From the NCBI GenBank assembly GCA_030748575.1, contig JASMLR010000001.1, positions 133,900 to 197,899 of the forward strand: a DNA stretch of 64,000 nt, given 5' to 3'. Made by a program: the position numbers and the translations under genes. Each line of letters opens with the position of its first letter. Position 1 is the stretch's first letter. The notes beneath the pieces are model-generated. The model was given only the letters and a program-made list of their open reading frames with translations, was not told the DNA's origin and did no database searches. Below are positions 54,263 through 63,036 of the stretch, in pieces. The DNA is from Phycisphaerales bacterium (GTDB taxonomy: Bacteria; Planctomycetota; Phycisphaerae; Phycisphaerales; SM1A02).

Positions 54263-57072
54263 GCGAGACGCTCTGCCTGATTGACGGCTACTCTCAATTC
54301 TTTCGCGCCTACTACGCCAGACGGCCGTATCAGAGTTCGTCGGTCACCAACGAGCCGACCAAACTCGTTGCTGGCTTTCTCGACATCCTGCTGCACCTGC
54401 TTGAGTCGCGGACGCCGACCTACCTTGCCGTGGCGCTCGATGTGTCCGGTGACACGGGCACCTTTCGAAGCGACATCGACCCTGAGTACAAACAGAATCG
54501 GGAGGCGGCTCCTGATGACTTTCATCCTCAGGTGGAGCGATGCCTGCAACTTCTGGAGGCCATGGGCGTGCCCGTGCTCGGTGTCGAGGGGGCCGAGGCC
54601 GATGACGTCATCGCCACGCTTGCCGCGCGGCTTGAGGCGTCCCATCCCGACCTCGACGTCGTTGTGATTTCAGCGGACAAGGATCTGGCGCAGATCGTCA
54701 ATCCCCGCACCATCATCTTCGACCCCCAGCGGGATGTGGAGCGAACACCATCGGACATCTTCAAGACCGAAGGCGTTCAGGCCAGCCACGTCGTGGACAT
54801 CCTCTCATTGATGGGGGACACGGTTGACAACATCCCGGGGATCACGGGCATCGGGCCAAAGACGGCTGCGAAGCTCATCCTTCAGTATGGGTCGATCGAG
54901 GGTATCTACGAGCATCTCGATGAGATCAAGGGCAAGCGGCGGGAGAATCTGGAGGGAGGCGAGGCGCGGCTCCTGATGAACCGCGAATTGATTCGGCTTC
55001 GGGAGGATCTCGACTTCGCATTCTCGCTCGATGACGCCCGATGCAATCCCGCGGACCTGCCAGTGGACCGCATGGGTCCGCTCCTGCGTGAACTCGACTT
55101 CAATCGGGCAGCGCAGCGTCTTGGCGGCCTGGTGACGTCGGCACGAACGGAGCAAGGCGAGACCGACGCGTCGCTGGACGCCGGAACACTGTGGGCGGAT
55201 CACGATGCCTCTGGCGCGCCGCGGCCGGCGGACCCGGACGCCGCGTACACCATGGTGGCGTCGAAGGCAGACCTTGCCGATGTTGCTCAGCGGGCCTCGG
55301 CCGCGGACGTTGTGGCGTTTGACGTCGAGACGACCGGCCTCGACTCCATGCAGTGCGATCTGTGCGGCGTGTCGCTGGCATGGGAGGAGGGATCGGCCGT
55401 CTACATTCCGATCAGATCGTCGGAGCCGGACTCACATCTGGACGAAGCGGCGGTTCTGGAAGGGCTTCGCTCGCTGCTTCAGGATGCATCGATCACCAAG
55501 GTCGCTCACAACGCCAAGTTCGATCTCAATGTCCTTCACGCCGCCGGGCTGGAGGTGCGTGGACCGGTGAAGGACACGATGATCGCCTCCTATGTTGCGG
55601 ATGCGACGCGTTCGAGCCACCGCATGGACGCTCTGGCGCTGGGGCTGCTCGGGCTGCAGTGCATCCCCATTTCGTCACTGATCGGCGTCGGCAAGACCCA
55701 GCGGACGTTTGACACGGTGGCGCTCGATCGGGCGGTTCCGTATGCGGCCGAAGACGCCGACGTCACCTTGCGTCTGCTCCCACCGCTGCAGGCACGCGTC
55801 GCCGCGGAGGGCCTCACGCCACTGCTGGAGGAGATGGAGTACCCACTCGTTCGAGTCCTTGCCGACATGGAGTTTGCGGGTGTTCGCATCGAGCCGGCTG
55901 AACTCGACCGCCAACGCCTCCGCCTCTCAGACCGGCTGGACGCGCTTCGGGAACGTATTGCCGATGCCGCGCCGTGCCCGATGAATCCGGATTCTCCCAA
56001 GCAACTGGCCGCCGCCCTCTTCAACGACCCCGGGGCAGATCCACCGGGACTGGGCCTGACCCCGATCAAGCGGCGTAAGACCGGTCCATCGACCGACGTT
56101 GAGGTTCTGGAGAAACTGGAGGCGGACCCAGAGGTCGACACGCCGCTGCCTGGTTTCATTCTTGAGTATCGACAACTCACCAAACTCGTCAACACGTACC
56201 TGGTGTCGCTCAAGGAGTGCATCAATCCCCGCACCGGCAGGGTGCACGCCTCCTTCAATCAGACGGTGACGGCGACCGGACGGCTCAGCAGCAGCGATCC
56301 GAACCTCCAGAACATTCCCATTCGCACCGACCTGGGCCGCGACATTCGTCGGGCCTTCGTTGCCGAGCCGGGGTGCGTGCTTGTGACCGCGGACTATTCG
56401 CAGGTTGAGCTTCGCATCCTGGCGCATCTGTCGGGCGATGAGGCCCTGCAGCAGGCATTTCGTGATGGAGAGGACATTCACGCAGCAGTGGCATCTGAAG
56501 TGTTCTCTGTGCCGCTCGATCAGGTGACGCGTGAGCAGCGAGGCGCCGCCAAGATGGTGAACTTCGGCATCGTCTACGGCATCACGCCCTACGGGCTCTC
56601 GCGTCGTCTTGGCGACGGCACAGATGTCCCCAGAGCTGCGGCCATCATCCGCGACTACAAGGCGAGATTCAGAGGCATTGATGCGTTCCTGGAGTCGTGC
56701 ATTGAGAAGGCACAGAAGGACGGGTTCGTCGAGACGATGTGCGGCCGGCGCCGCCGCATTACGGAGATTGACTCGGCTGACCAGCAGCGACGCGGGCTTG
56801 CCGAGCGGCTCGCGATCAATTCGGTCGTTCAGGGGAGTGCAGCGGACCTGATCAAGCGGGCGATGATCGACCTGCACGCGGCGCTTCCGAGCGTGTCGCC
56901 GGACGCCCGCCTGGTCCTGCAGGTGCATGATGAGTTGGTCGTTGAAACGCCCGAGTCGCGGGCCGATGCTGCGAGAGACCTGCTCGTGTCGTGTATGGAG
57001 GGCGCGATGACGCTTGACGTGCCGATCGTGGTGGACGTATCCGTGTCACAGTCGTGGTTTGACGCGAAGTGA
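54259..57072 (+). CDS. polA: DNA polymerase I
   Basis: It has a 5'-nuclease domain, a 3'-5' exo motif (VAFDVETTGLD), and polymerase motifs DYSQVELRILAH and QVHDELVVE. Its ATG overlaps the upstream stop (ATGA). Confidence 0.95.
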   Translation: MSETLCLIDGYSQFFRAYYARRPYQSSSVTNEPTKLVAGFLDILLHLLESRTPTYLAVALDVSGDTGTFRSDIDPEYKQNREAAPDDFHPQVERCLQLLEAMGVPVLGVEGAEADDVIATLAARLEASHPDLDVVVISADKDLAQIVNPRTIIFDPQRDVERTPSDIFKTEGVQASHVVDILSLMGDTVDNIPGITGIGPKTAAKLILQYGSIEGIYEHLDEIKGKRRENLEGGEARLLMNRELIRLREDLDFAFSLDDARCNPADLPVDRMGPLLRELDFNRAAQRLGGLVTSARTEQGETDASLDAGTLWADHDASGAPRPADPDAAYTMVASKADLADVAQRASAADVVAFDVETTGLDSMQCDLCGVSLAWEEGSAVYIPIRSSEPDSHLDEAAVLEGLRSLLQDASITKVAHNAKFDLNVLHAAGLEVRGPVKDTMIASYVADATRSSHRMDALALGLLGLQCIPISSLIGVGKTQRTFDTVALDRAVPYAAEDADVTLRLLPPLQARVAAEGLTPLLEEMEYPLVRVLADMEFAGVRIEPAELDRQRLRLSDRLDALRERIADAAPCPMNPDSPKQLAAALFNDPGADPPGLGLTPIKRRKTGPSTDVEVLEKLEADPEVDTPLPGFILEYRQLTKLVNTYLVSLKECINPRTGRVHASFNQTVTATGRLSSSDPNLQNIPIRTDLGRDIRRAFVAEPGCVLVTADYSQVELRILAHLSGDEALQQAFRDGEDIHAAVASEVFSVPLDQVTREQRGAAKMVNFGIVYGITPYGLSRRLGDGTDVPRAAAIIRDYKARFRGIDAFLESCIEKAQKDGFVETMCGRRRRITEIDSADQQRRGLAERLAINSVVQGSAADLIKRAMIDLHAALPSVSPDARLVLQVHDELVVETPESRADAARDLLVSCMEGAMTLDVPIVVDVSVSQSWFDAK

Positions 57073-57409
57073 GCGGTGCGGCCGCCCGGGGGGGGAGCAG
57101 GCTGGGCAGAACACACGACGCCCGCCATCGGCCGGGGCCGGTGACGAGCGTCTGAGTCCTTCTCCCCTCCGCAGGAGCCTGGCTCGAAGGAGCCTCCGGT
57201 CGGTGTTCTCTCCTCCACCAACCAGGTCCTTCAACCTTCGCCTCTCTTCCTGAGGAATGGCTTGGTTGTCGGTCAGTCCACCATGACGCCTTTCGATCTC
57301 GATGCAAGGGGGATTCCGGGAAATCTGCGCATCCAATTTTGCGCAGACCCACCTCAGGGCCCCGCCTCTCCGGCCAGCGAGCCACTTGACGCGGTAGCCT
57401 GCCCCTCCC

Positions 57410-58843
57410 ATGCCTCAATGCCTCGTCGCCGCTGGAACCGCCACGACCGCGCATGCAGGCGCCGAGGTGGCCGGGATGGGTGGCAATGCGATCGACGCCG
57501 CTGCTGCGGCGGCCATCGCTTCCTGGGTCTGCGAGCCGGGCATGACCGCGGTTGGCAGCGCGGCCCTGGCGATGGTCAGGCCCGCCGGGGGCTCCCCCGT
57601 CCTGGTGGACGGCTTGACGGCCATGCCCGGCCTCGGGGGCCGCCAGGCCGCGACGCCGGGGGGCGATCGGATCACCATGGCCTACGGGCCGGGGGTTGAA
57701 ACGGGGATTGGGCCCGCCTCCGTCGCGGTTCCGGGAGGGCCGGCGGCCGTGGAGGTGCTGCAGCAGCGATGGGGCTGCCTGCCGTGGGCCGATGTCGTGG
57801 CTCCGGCCATTCGTCTGGCCGCCGAGGGGTTCCCGTTTCCAGGCGTGTCTGCCGCCTACATGCCGCTCTCGGGTGAGCCGATCTACGATCTGACGGCGGG
57901 CAGCAGGAGGATCTGGCGCAGCCCTGCCGGGCATCCGCGGGTGGCTGGTGAGCGAACGGTGCTTCCGGAACTGGCGATCGATCTCGAATTGATCGCGGAG
58001 GAAGGCGCCGCCGCGTTGTACACGGGCGACCTCGGCCGCCGAATCGCCGCCTGGATCGTCGAGGCCGGCGGCGCGATGTCTCAGGAGGATCTGGCCGCGT
58101 ACCGTGTCGACGTGCGGCGGCCTGAGGTCGTCGAGGACCACGGCTGGGCGGTTTCGACGGCGGACACGATCGGGGGCGAGGCGCTTCGCGAGATGGTGAA
58201 GGGGTTCGCGGGCATTGAGCCTCGGACTGATGGCGAGGCCGCTGCGTTGATTGGCATCATGCACGCCGCACTTTGCCGGCGAGACGAGCGGCTGGGACAG
58301 GCATCGGCGTCGACGACGCAGATCTGCGCCGCCGACCAGGATGGAAACGCCTGCAGCGTGACGACATCGACCGGGTATGGGTCCGGCGTTGTCGTTCCCG
58401 GGACTGGCATCATGCTGAACAACATGCTTGGCGAGCTTGAACTCCTTCCCAATGGCCCCGGTGTGCTGGCTCCCGGCCAGCGGCTGCCGTCCAACATGAC
58501 TCCGTTGATCGCGGTGCAGGGTGAAGCAGTTGTGGCGCTTGGCGCCGCAGGCGCGGATCGAATCGCGCCGTCCATCGCCCAGACGTGGCGACGCATCGCG
58601 GCCGAGTCTCTGCATTGCGCTGCTGCCGTGGACGCGCCGCGATGTCACGTACGGGCCGCACACCAGAATCCGATGCTCGACTACGAACCGGGTTTCAGCC
58701 CCGAGGGCGTGACGCTGCCGCTCCATCCGTTTGCGGCGCCGCACATGTACTTCGGCGGTGTGCAGGCAGCCGCGCGGTGCCAGGAGGGGTTGCTCGACGG
58801 TGCGGGGGACCCTCGGCGTGGTGGTGCTGTCGCCGTGGTGTAG
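57410..58843 (+). CDS. gamma-glutamyltransferase family protein, second shorter paralogue
   Basis: Matching segments are GGNAIDAAAAAAIA, the Thr region ASTTQICAADQDGNACS, and GYGSGVVVPGTGIMLNNMLGE. Confidence 0.8.
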   Translation: MPQCLVAAGTATTAHAGAEVAGMGGNAIDAAAAAAIASWVCEPGMTAVGSAALAMVRPAGGSPVLVDGLTAMPGLGGRQAATPGGDRITMAYGPGVETGIGPASVAVPGGPAAVEVLQQRWGCLPWADVVAPAIRLAAEGFPFPGVSAAYMPLSGEPIYDLTAGSRRIWRSPAGHPRVAGERTVLPELAIDLELIAEEGAAALYTGDLGRRIAAWIVEAGGAMSQEDLAAYRVDVRRPEVVEDHGWAVSTADTIGGEALREMVKGFAGIEPRTDGEAAALIGIMHAALCRRDERLGQASASTTQICAADQDGNACSVTTSTGYGSGVVVPGTGIMLNNMLGELELLPNGPGVLAPGQRLPSNMTPLIAVQGEAVVALGAAGADRIAPSIAQTWRRIAAESLHCAAAVDAPRCHVRAAHQNPMLDYEPGFSPEGVTLPLHPFAAPHMYFGGVQAAARCQEGLLDGAGDPRRGGAVAVV

Positions 58844-58986
58844 CGGCGGTCATGCACCGCGTGCTGCTGGTGTCCGGGTGCGTGGGCGACTGGCCTGAAG
58901 GGTGCCGGACCAACGCGTGAGGGTTCTGTCGGTGGCGGGCACCACGCGGTGGACCTCCACCGTCAGCCTTGCATCGGGTGGGGGGG

Positions 58987-59028
58987 ACCACAATGACCGG
59001 ACCGCAATGACCGGTACGCACCGACCGG
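58987..59028. repeat. three tandem imperfect 14-nt units
   Basis: The units are ACCACAATGACCGG, ACCGCAATGACCGG and TACGCACCGACCGG. They are followed by the inverted repeat ACCGACC-N7-GGTCGGT (59020-59040). Confidence 0.5.
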
Positions 59029-59044
59029 AATCAGGTCGGTGGAG

Positions 59045-59082
59045 CCAAAACGACGGAAGGAGAAGCACACGGCTTCTCCTTC
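59045..59082 (-). terminator. rho-independent terminator downstream of tRNA-Asp
   Basis: The minus strand reads GAAGGAGAAGC-CGTGT-GCTTCTCCTTC, an 11-bp stem, followed by CGTCGTTTTGG. Confidence 0.6.
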
Positions 59083-59090
59083 GGCGTCAA

Positions 59091-59164
59091 CGAGGCGGAC
59101 GGGACTCGAACCCGCAACCACTGGATCGACAGTCCAGGACTCTAACCAATTGAGCTACCGCCCC
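59091..59164 (-). tRNA. tRNA-Asp (anticodon GUC)
   Basis: My manual fold gives acceptor GGGGCGG/CCGCCTC, D-arm GCTC..GAGT, anticodon stem CTGGA/TCCAG with loop CTGTCGA, T-arm GCGGG-TTCGAGT-CCCGT, and discriminator G. No CCA is encoded. Confidence 0.9.
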
Positions 59165-59181
59165 AATCTGGCAAGGCAGGA

Positions 59182-59187
59182 AGTGTA
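59182..59187 (-). promoter_or_regulatory. -10-like box TACACT 17 nt upstream of the mature tRNA-Asp 5' end
   Basis: The minus strand reads CTGCTACACTTC, the same 12-mer as upstream of dxs. Confidence 0.45.
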
Positions 59188-59285
59188 GCAGGCCCGCCGG
59201 GGTGGTCAAGGCCCCCGGGGTGGGGTTCAGCGGGCTTGGAATTTCTCGCTGTCATCCATCGGACCGGCGGTGTAGCGTTGTGAGA

Positions 59286-60827
59286 ATGTTGACGATTCAG
59301 CGTATCTTTCCGACCGCAGTCATCCTCGCAGCATGCACCGCGGCGGCGGCCCAGTGGTCCGACGATCCACAGGTCAACACGCTCGTGTCGGGCGGCGAGA
59401 CCGGGTGCGTCGTCACGCATGCCGCCGGCACCCCGGATGGTCATGTGTGGGTTGCCTGGTACGACAGTGGCAGCGGCTACGACATCCGACTCCAGCGGCT
59501 GGACCACCAAGGCGAGGCACTGTTCGATCCCCCGGTGCTGATCAGCGATCAGGAACTCTCATGGGTTCAGGATTTCGATCTGGCGTGCGATGCAGCCGGC
59601 CGGGCCGTGGTGGCCTGGGCCGGATCGTCGTACATCGGGGCCCTTCTGGTGAACCATGCTGGAGACGTCGTGTGGTCTCACGAGTTCGCCGGCGGGAGTG
59701 GCGCGTTTCTGGGAAGCGCCCAGGTATGTGGAACCAGTGACGGTGACGTGGTGGTGGGATGGTTGCAGGATGAGCCTTCCTACTTCCAGCGGGTCACCCC
59801 GAGCGGCGGGATCGCCTGGCTGAGTGAGCGGGTCATAGATGCCGGAGGAACGACCGCCGTATCCGACCTTCAGCCAACGCCCGACGGGGGCGTCGTCGCA
59901 TCCTTCGTGCACTATCTGACGTTCACCGGCCCCAAACGCCTCAAGGCCCAGCGTCTGTCCGTTCTGGGTACTCCCTTGTGGGGAAGCGAACCCGTGGACG
60001 TCTTCACGAGTGGCTCCCTGCAGTTCGGCGCCTATCCCGAGTTCATCTCCGACGGCAGTGGAGGCGGCGTCTTCTCGTGGTACGAGACGTCGCCGCTCAT
60101 GGCGCGGGTGCAGTGGGTGGATGGGGCGGGAAGCCCGCGGTGGGGCAGCAGCGGCGCGGCGGTCACGACGGAGTCCGCCATGGTGCATGTCGCTCCGGCG
60201 GCGGCCCTTGATGACGCCACCGGGGATGTCACGGTCTACTGGATCAGGCAGAATGCCACCCAGAGCACGGCAGGCGTCCAGGCGAATCGATTTGATCAGG
60301 ACGGCACGCCGCAGTGGGGCGGCGCTGGCACGCAGGTGGTGGCGCCTTCGCCCGGCTCGGTGCTTGACCTTCAGGCCGGCATGCTTGGGGACCTGGCGAC
60401 CGGCATGTGGATTTCGGACGCCTCGCTTGGTGGCTCGAGGGTTGTGGGGGCCGCCCTGGATCCGGCAGGCACCATGCAGTGGGGGGCTGCGCCCACGGTG
60501 CTGGGCTCAGGTGGCGGCACCAGGCAGGACCTTTCCATCGCGCGGGCCATCACGCGGGCGTCGGGCCAGGGGATCGCCGTCTGGTCGGATAATCGGGATG
60601 CCGCCAGCCGCGTCTACGCGCAGAATGTCAACGCGGACGGCACCCTCGGCGGCGGGCCGGCCTGTCTGGCGGATCTCTCCGGCGATGGGCAGGTCGGCAC
60701 CGACGACGTGCTGGCCATCATCGGGATGTGGGGACCTTGCGGCGGTTGTCCTGAGGACCTCTCCGGCGACGGCATCGTCGGCGCCGACGATCTTCTGGAG
60801 GTGCTATCCCAGTGGGGGCCGTGCTGA
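59286..60827 (+). CDS. secreted repeat protein (about 8 propeller-like repeats) ending in two dockerin-like Cys-terminated modules
   Basis: It has a signal peptide (MLTIQRIFPTAVILAACTAAAAQ) and eight units of the pattern G-x-V-x-V-x-W...Q-R/N...G-x-x-x-W. The C-terminus is DLSGDGQVGTDDVLAIIGMWGPCGGCPEDLSGDGIVGADDLLEVLSQWGPC. Confidence 0.7.
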   Translation: MLTIQRIFPTAVILAACTAAAAQWSDDPQVNTLVSGGETGCVVTHAAGTPDGHVWVAWYDSGSGYDIRLQRLDHQGEALFDPPVLISDQELSWVQDFDLACDAAGRAVVAWAGSSYIGALLVNHAGDVVWSHEFAGGSGAFLGSAQVCGTSDGDVVVGWLQDEPSYFQRVTPSGGIAWLSERVIDAGGTTAVSDLQPTPDGGVVASFVHYLTFTGPKRLKAQRLSVLGTPLWGSEPVDVFTSGSLQFGAYPEFISDGSGGGVFSWYETSPLMARVQWVDGAGSPRWGSSGAAVTTESAMVHVAPAAALDDATGDVTVYWIRQNATQSTAGVQANRFDQDGTPQWGGAGTQVVAPSPGSVLDLQAGMLGDLATGMWISDASLGGSRVVGAALDPAGTMQWGAAPTVLGSGGGTRQDLSIARAITRASGQGIAVWSDNRDAASRVYAQNVNADGTLGGGPACLADLSGDGQVGTDDVLAIIGMWGPCGGCPEDLSGDGIVGADDLLEVLSQWGPC

Positions 60828-60891
60828 TTCATCCCCGGAGTTGAGTCGGTACATTGCCCGCTTGGGGCGGGGACCTACCGGCCGCAGGAGG

Positions 60892-61770
60892 ATGTCCACC
60901 ATGAAGGTTGTCAAGCGTGTTGCGATCGTGCTGGTCGTCGTTGTGGTGATCGCCGTCGTCGGCGCGTACATCGCGATTGACGCCATTGCCCGCGGCGTCA
61001 TCGACTCGCAGGGATCTGCCGTCCTTGGTGTCAAGACGAACGTCGATTCCGTTCGGCTCGCGGTCTTCAGTGACGGGTCAAGTCTGAGCGGGCTGACGAT
61101 TGCGAATCCGGAGGGCTTTCATCATCCCAACTTCATCGAAGTGGGCGAAGCCTCCATTGAGGCCAGCCTCGGAACGCTCCTGGGCAGCGATATCGAAATC
61201 CCTTCCGTTCACATCACCGGGCTGACGGTTGACCTCGAGCAGATTGGCGATCGCATGAATGCGGCGGAAATCGTGGCCAACGTGGAGAAGAACACCGCGG
61301 CTCCGGATGACACCGATGATCCGGTGGATTTCAACGTCGCAACCCTGGTTATTCAGGACATCCGTCTGAAGGCGTCCGGGAGCATTGTGAATGTCGCAGG
61401 CGGTCACCTGGATACCACGATCCCCAGGCTTGAACTGCACAACCTCGGCACCAAGACCGATGGAGATCAACTCTCACACCAACTCATCTCGATGATGCTC
61501 GGTGTTCTGATGAAGCACATCGCCGAGCATCCCATTCGGGGCCTGAGCGGGGCGGCGGTTGGATCGGTGGCGTCGGCGCTGGAGAACATCCCCATTCTGG
61601 ACCAGACCGGCGTGGGGCGGAAGGTGGGCGACGTCCTCAAGGGGGCCAACAAGGCCGTGAACGATGGCCTCGGGGAGGTGGGGAAGGGCCTCCAGGGCAT
61701 CGGAGAGGGTCTGGGGGGGTTGCTTGGGCCTGAGAAGGCTGCCGACGAAACGCCGCCCTCGGACCGGTAG
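60892..61770 (+). CDS. hypothetical N-terminally membrane-anchored protein (weakly AsmA-like)
   Basis: GGAGGA lies just upstream of ATG 60892. There is a TM anchor (VAIVLVVVVVIAVVGAYIAI), then a beta-rich region, and a Gly/Leu-rich C-terminus. Confidence 0.55.
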   Translation: MSTMKVVKRVAIVLVVVVVIAVVGAYIAIDAIARGVIDSQGSAVLGVKTNVDSVRLAVFSDGSSLSGLTIANPEGFHHPNFIEVGEASIEASLGTLLGSDIEIPSVHITGLTVDLEQIGDRMNAAEIVANVEKNTAAPDDTDDPVDFNVATLVIQDIRLKASGSIVNVAGGHLDTTIPRLELHNLGTKTDGDQLSHQLISMMLGVLMKHIAEHPIRGLSGAAVGSVASALENIPILDQTGVGRKVGDVLKGANKAVNDGLGEVGKGLQGIGEGLGGLLGPEKAADETPPSDR

Positions 61771-61880
61771 GCGGGCGTGGTGGGACTTTTGGACCTTTCC
61801 GCTTGTTCGGAAGTCAGGCAGCGTTTACCTTTCGGGCTGCGGAGGGCCGTCGCCGCGGAAGAAGAGAAGAGGAACTCCCT

Positions 61881-62552
61881 TTGAAGACCACGACACGAAC
61901 CATTGGATGCTGCCTTGCTGCGGTGGTGGCTGCCCCCACTCTGGCATCTGTCTACACAGATCCAGTCGGCGACATCGCAACCGGGAACGCAAACCTTGAC
62001 ATCACGCAGATGGAAATCACCGACAACGGCGTGGATCTCGTCGTGCGAATGACGGTGGACTCCCTCGATGGCGACTGGGGCAAGTACCTGTTCTTCATGG
62101 ATGCCTGGGACGGCGGAAGTGGTGACAACGACAACCCGTGGTTCCGAGACATCGGTGGGCTCGCCGGCATGGACATCTTTGTCGGGAGTTGGCTCGACGG
62201 TGGTGGTGGTGCGCTCGGCTACGAATACGCAGACGGCGGCTGGGGGGAATTGCCGTTCACGGTGACCGTCTCGGCCGACTATGACAACAACACCGTTGAG
62301 TGGAACTTCTACGATCTCGTGGCAGGGCTCTCATCCGCCGGGATCACGGGGTTTGACTTCGAAGCGGCGACCACCGGTGGCAATGGGGGAGACCCGGCCA
62401 TCGACTTGATTGGCGGCGAGGGAACCCAGCCTGGTTGGGGGCAGGGGTCCACATCGATCGATCGGCTTCGATACGACTTCTCGACGATTCCCGCGCCCGG
62501 TGCCTTGGCGCTGCTCGGCGTGGCCGGTCTGGCTCGCCGCCGCCGCCGCTGA
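61881..62552 (+). CDS. PEP-CTERM-type sorting-signal protein
   Basis: TTG 61881 has AAGAGGA about 8 nt upstream. It has a signal peptide (KTTTRTIGCCLAAVVAAPTLASV). The C-terminus IPAPGALALLGVAGLARRRRR has the P-x-P motif, a TM helix and an Arg cluster. Confidence 0.7.
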   Translation: MKTTTRTIGCCLAAVVAAPTLASVYTDPVGDIATGNANLDITQMEITDNGVDLVVRMTVDSLDGDWGKYLFFMDAWDGGSGDNDNPWFRDIGGLAGMDIFVGSWLDGGGGALGYEYADGGWGELPFTVTVSADYDNNTVEWNFYDLVAGLSSAGITGFDFEAATTGGNGGDPAIDLIGGEGTQPGWGQGSTSIDRLRYDFSTIPAPGALALLGVAGLARRRRR

Positions 62553-62577
62553 CCCTGGCATCCTCAGGACATTCAAC

Positions 62578-62613
62578 AACGCCCCGGCTGCTTCAGCCGG
62601 GGCGTTGGCGTTT
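62578..62613 (+). terminator. rho-independent-type terminator after the PEP-CTERM gene
   Basis: It forms a perfect 12-bp stem AACGCCCCGGCT / AGCCGGGGCGTT with loop GCTTC, followed by GGCGTTTGG. Confidence 0.6.
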
Positions 62614-63036
62614 GGGGTCCGCTGCTGTGACGGGGGCACCCCGCTGTGAGGCTGCGCCCTCGTGCGGGGGCGTGTGCGGCTGAGCCTTTGCGCAGGGCGT
62701 GTATGTGAGGCTGGCTTGGGGTGCAGGGCCTCTCCCCGCACGCCGTCGAGCCGGCGTGAAACTGGAGTCCGGGCGGCGGCCTCAGGGCGTGAGGTGCTGC
62801 CTGCGTCCTGGCTCCTGCGTGGGAGCCACGGGGCCGCTCCTCGCGGCGGCGGACTGGGGGAGGTGGACCTGCCTCCGCCTGGCCCGCCCCGGTCAGGGCA
62901 TAGCCGGCCGCGTGCTCCTGAAGGACCTCGAAAGCACGGCCGGGGCGCATCACCGCTCGGCCTCGCTGCCCGGATGCGCGACAGCCGCCGACCCGTGGGG
63001 CCGGCGGCTGCCGAAGCGTACATGGTCAGACTCGGC

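Noticed and set aside
57046-57411. 121-aa minus-strand ORF filling the polA-ggt2 spacer
   Set aside because: It uses many codons that real genes here avoid (AGG, AGA, GGA, TTG, AAA, ATT, CAA). It overlaps both flanking genes, and I saw no motif.
56852-58744. 630-aa minus-strand ORF
   Set aside because: It is antisense to the polA 3' end and the second ggt-family gene, both with conserved motifs on the plus strand. The product is extremely Arg/Pro/Gly-rich.
58987-59028. Possible CRISPR or minisatellite
   Set aside because: There are only three 14-nt units with no spacers and no cas genes, so it is recorded only as a short tandem repeat.
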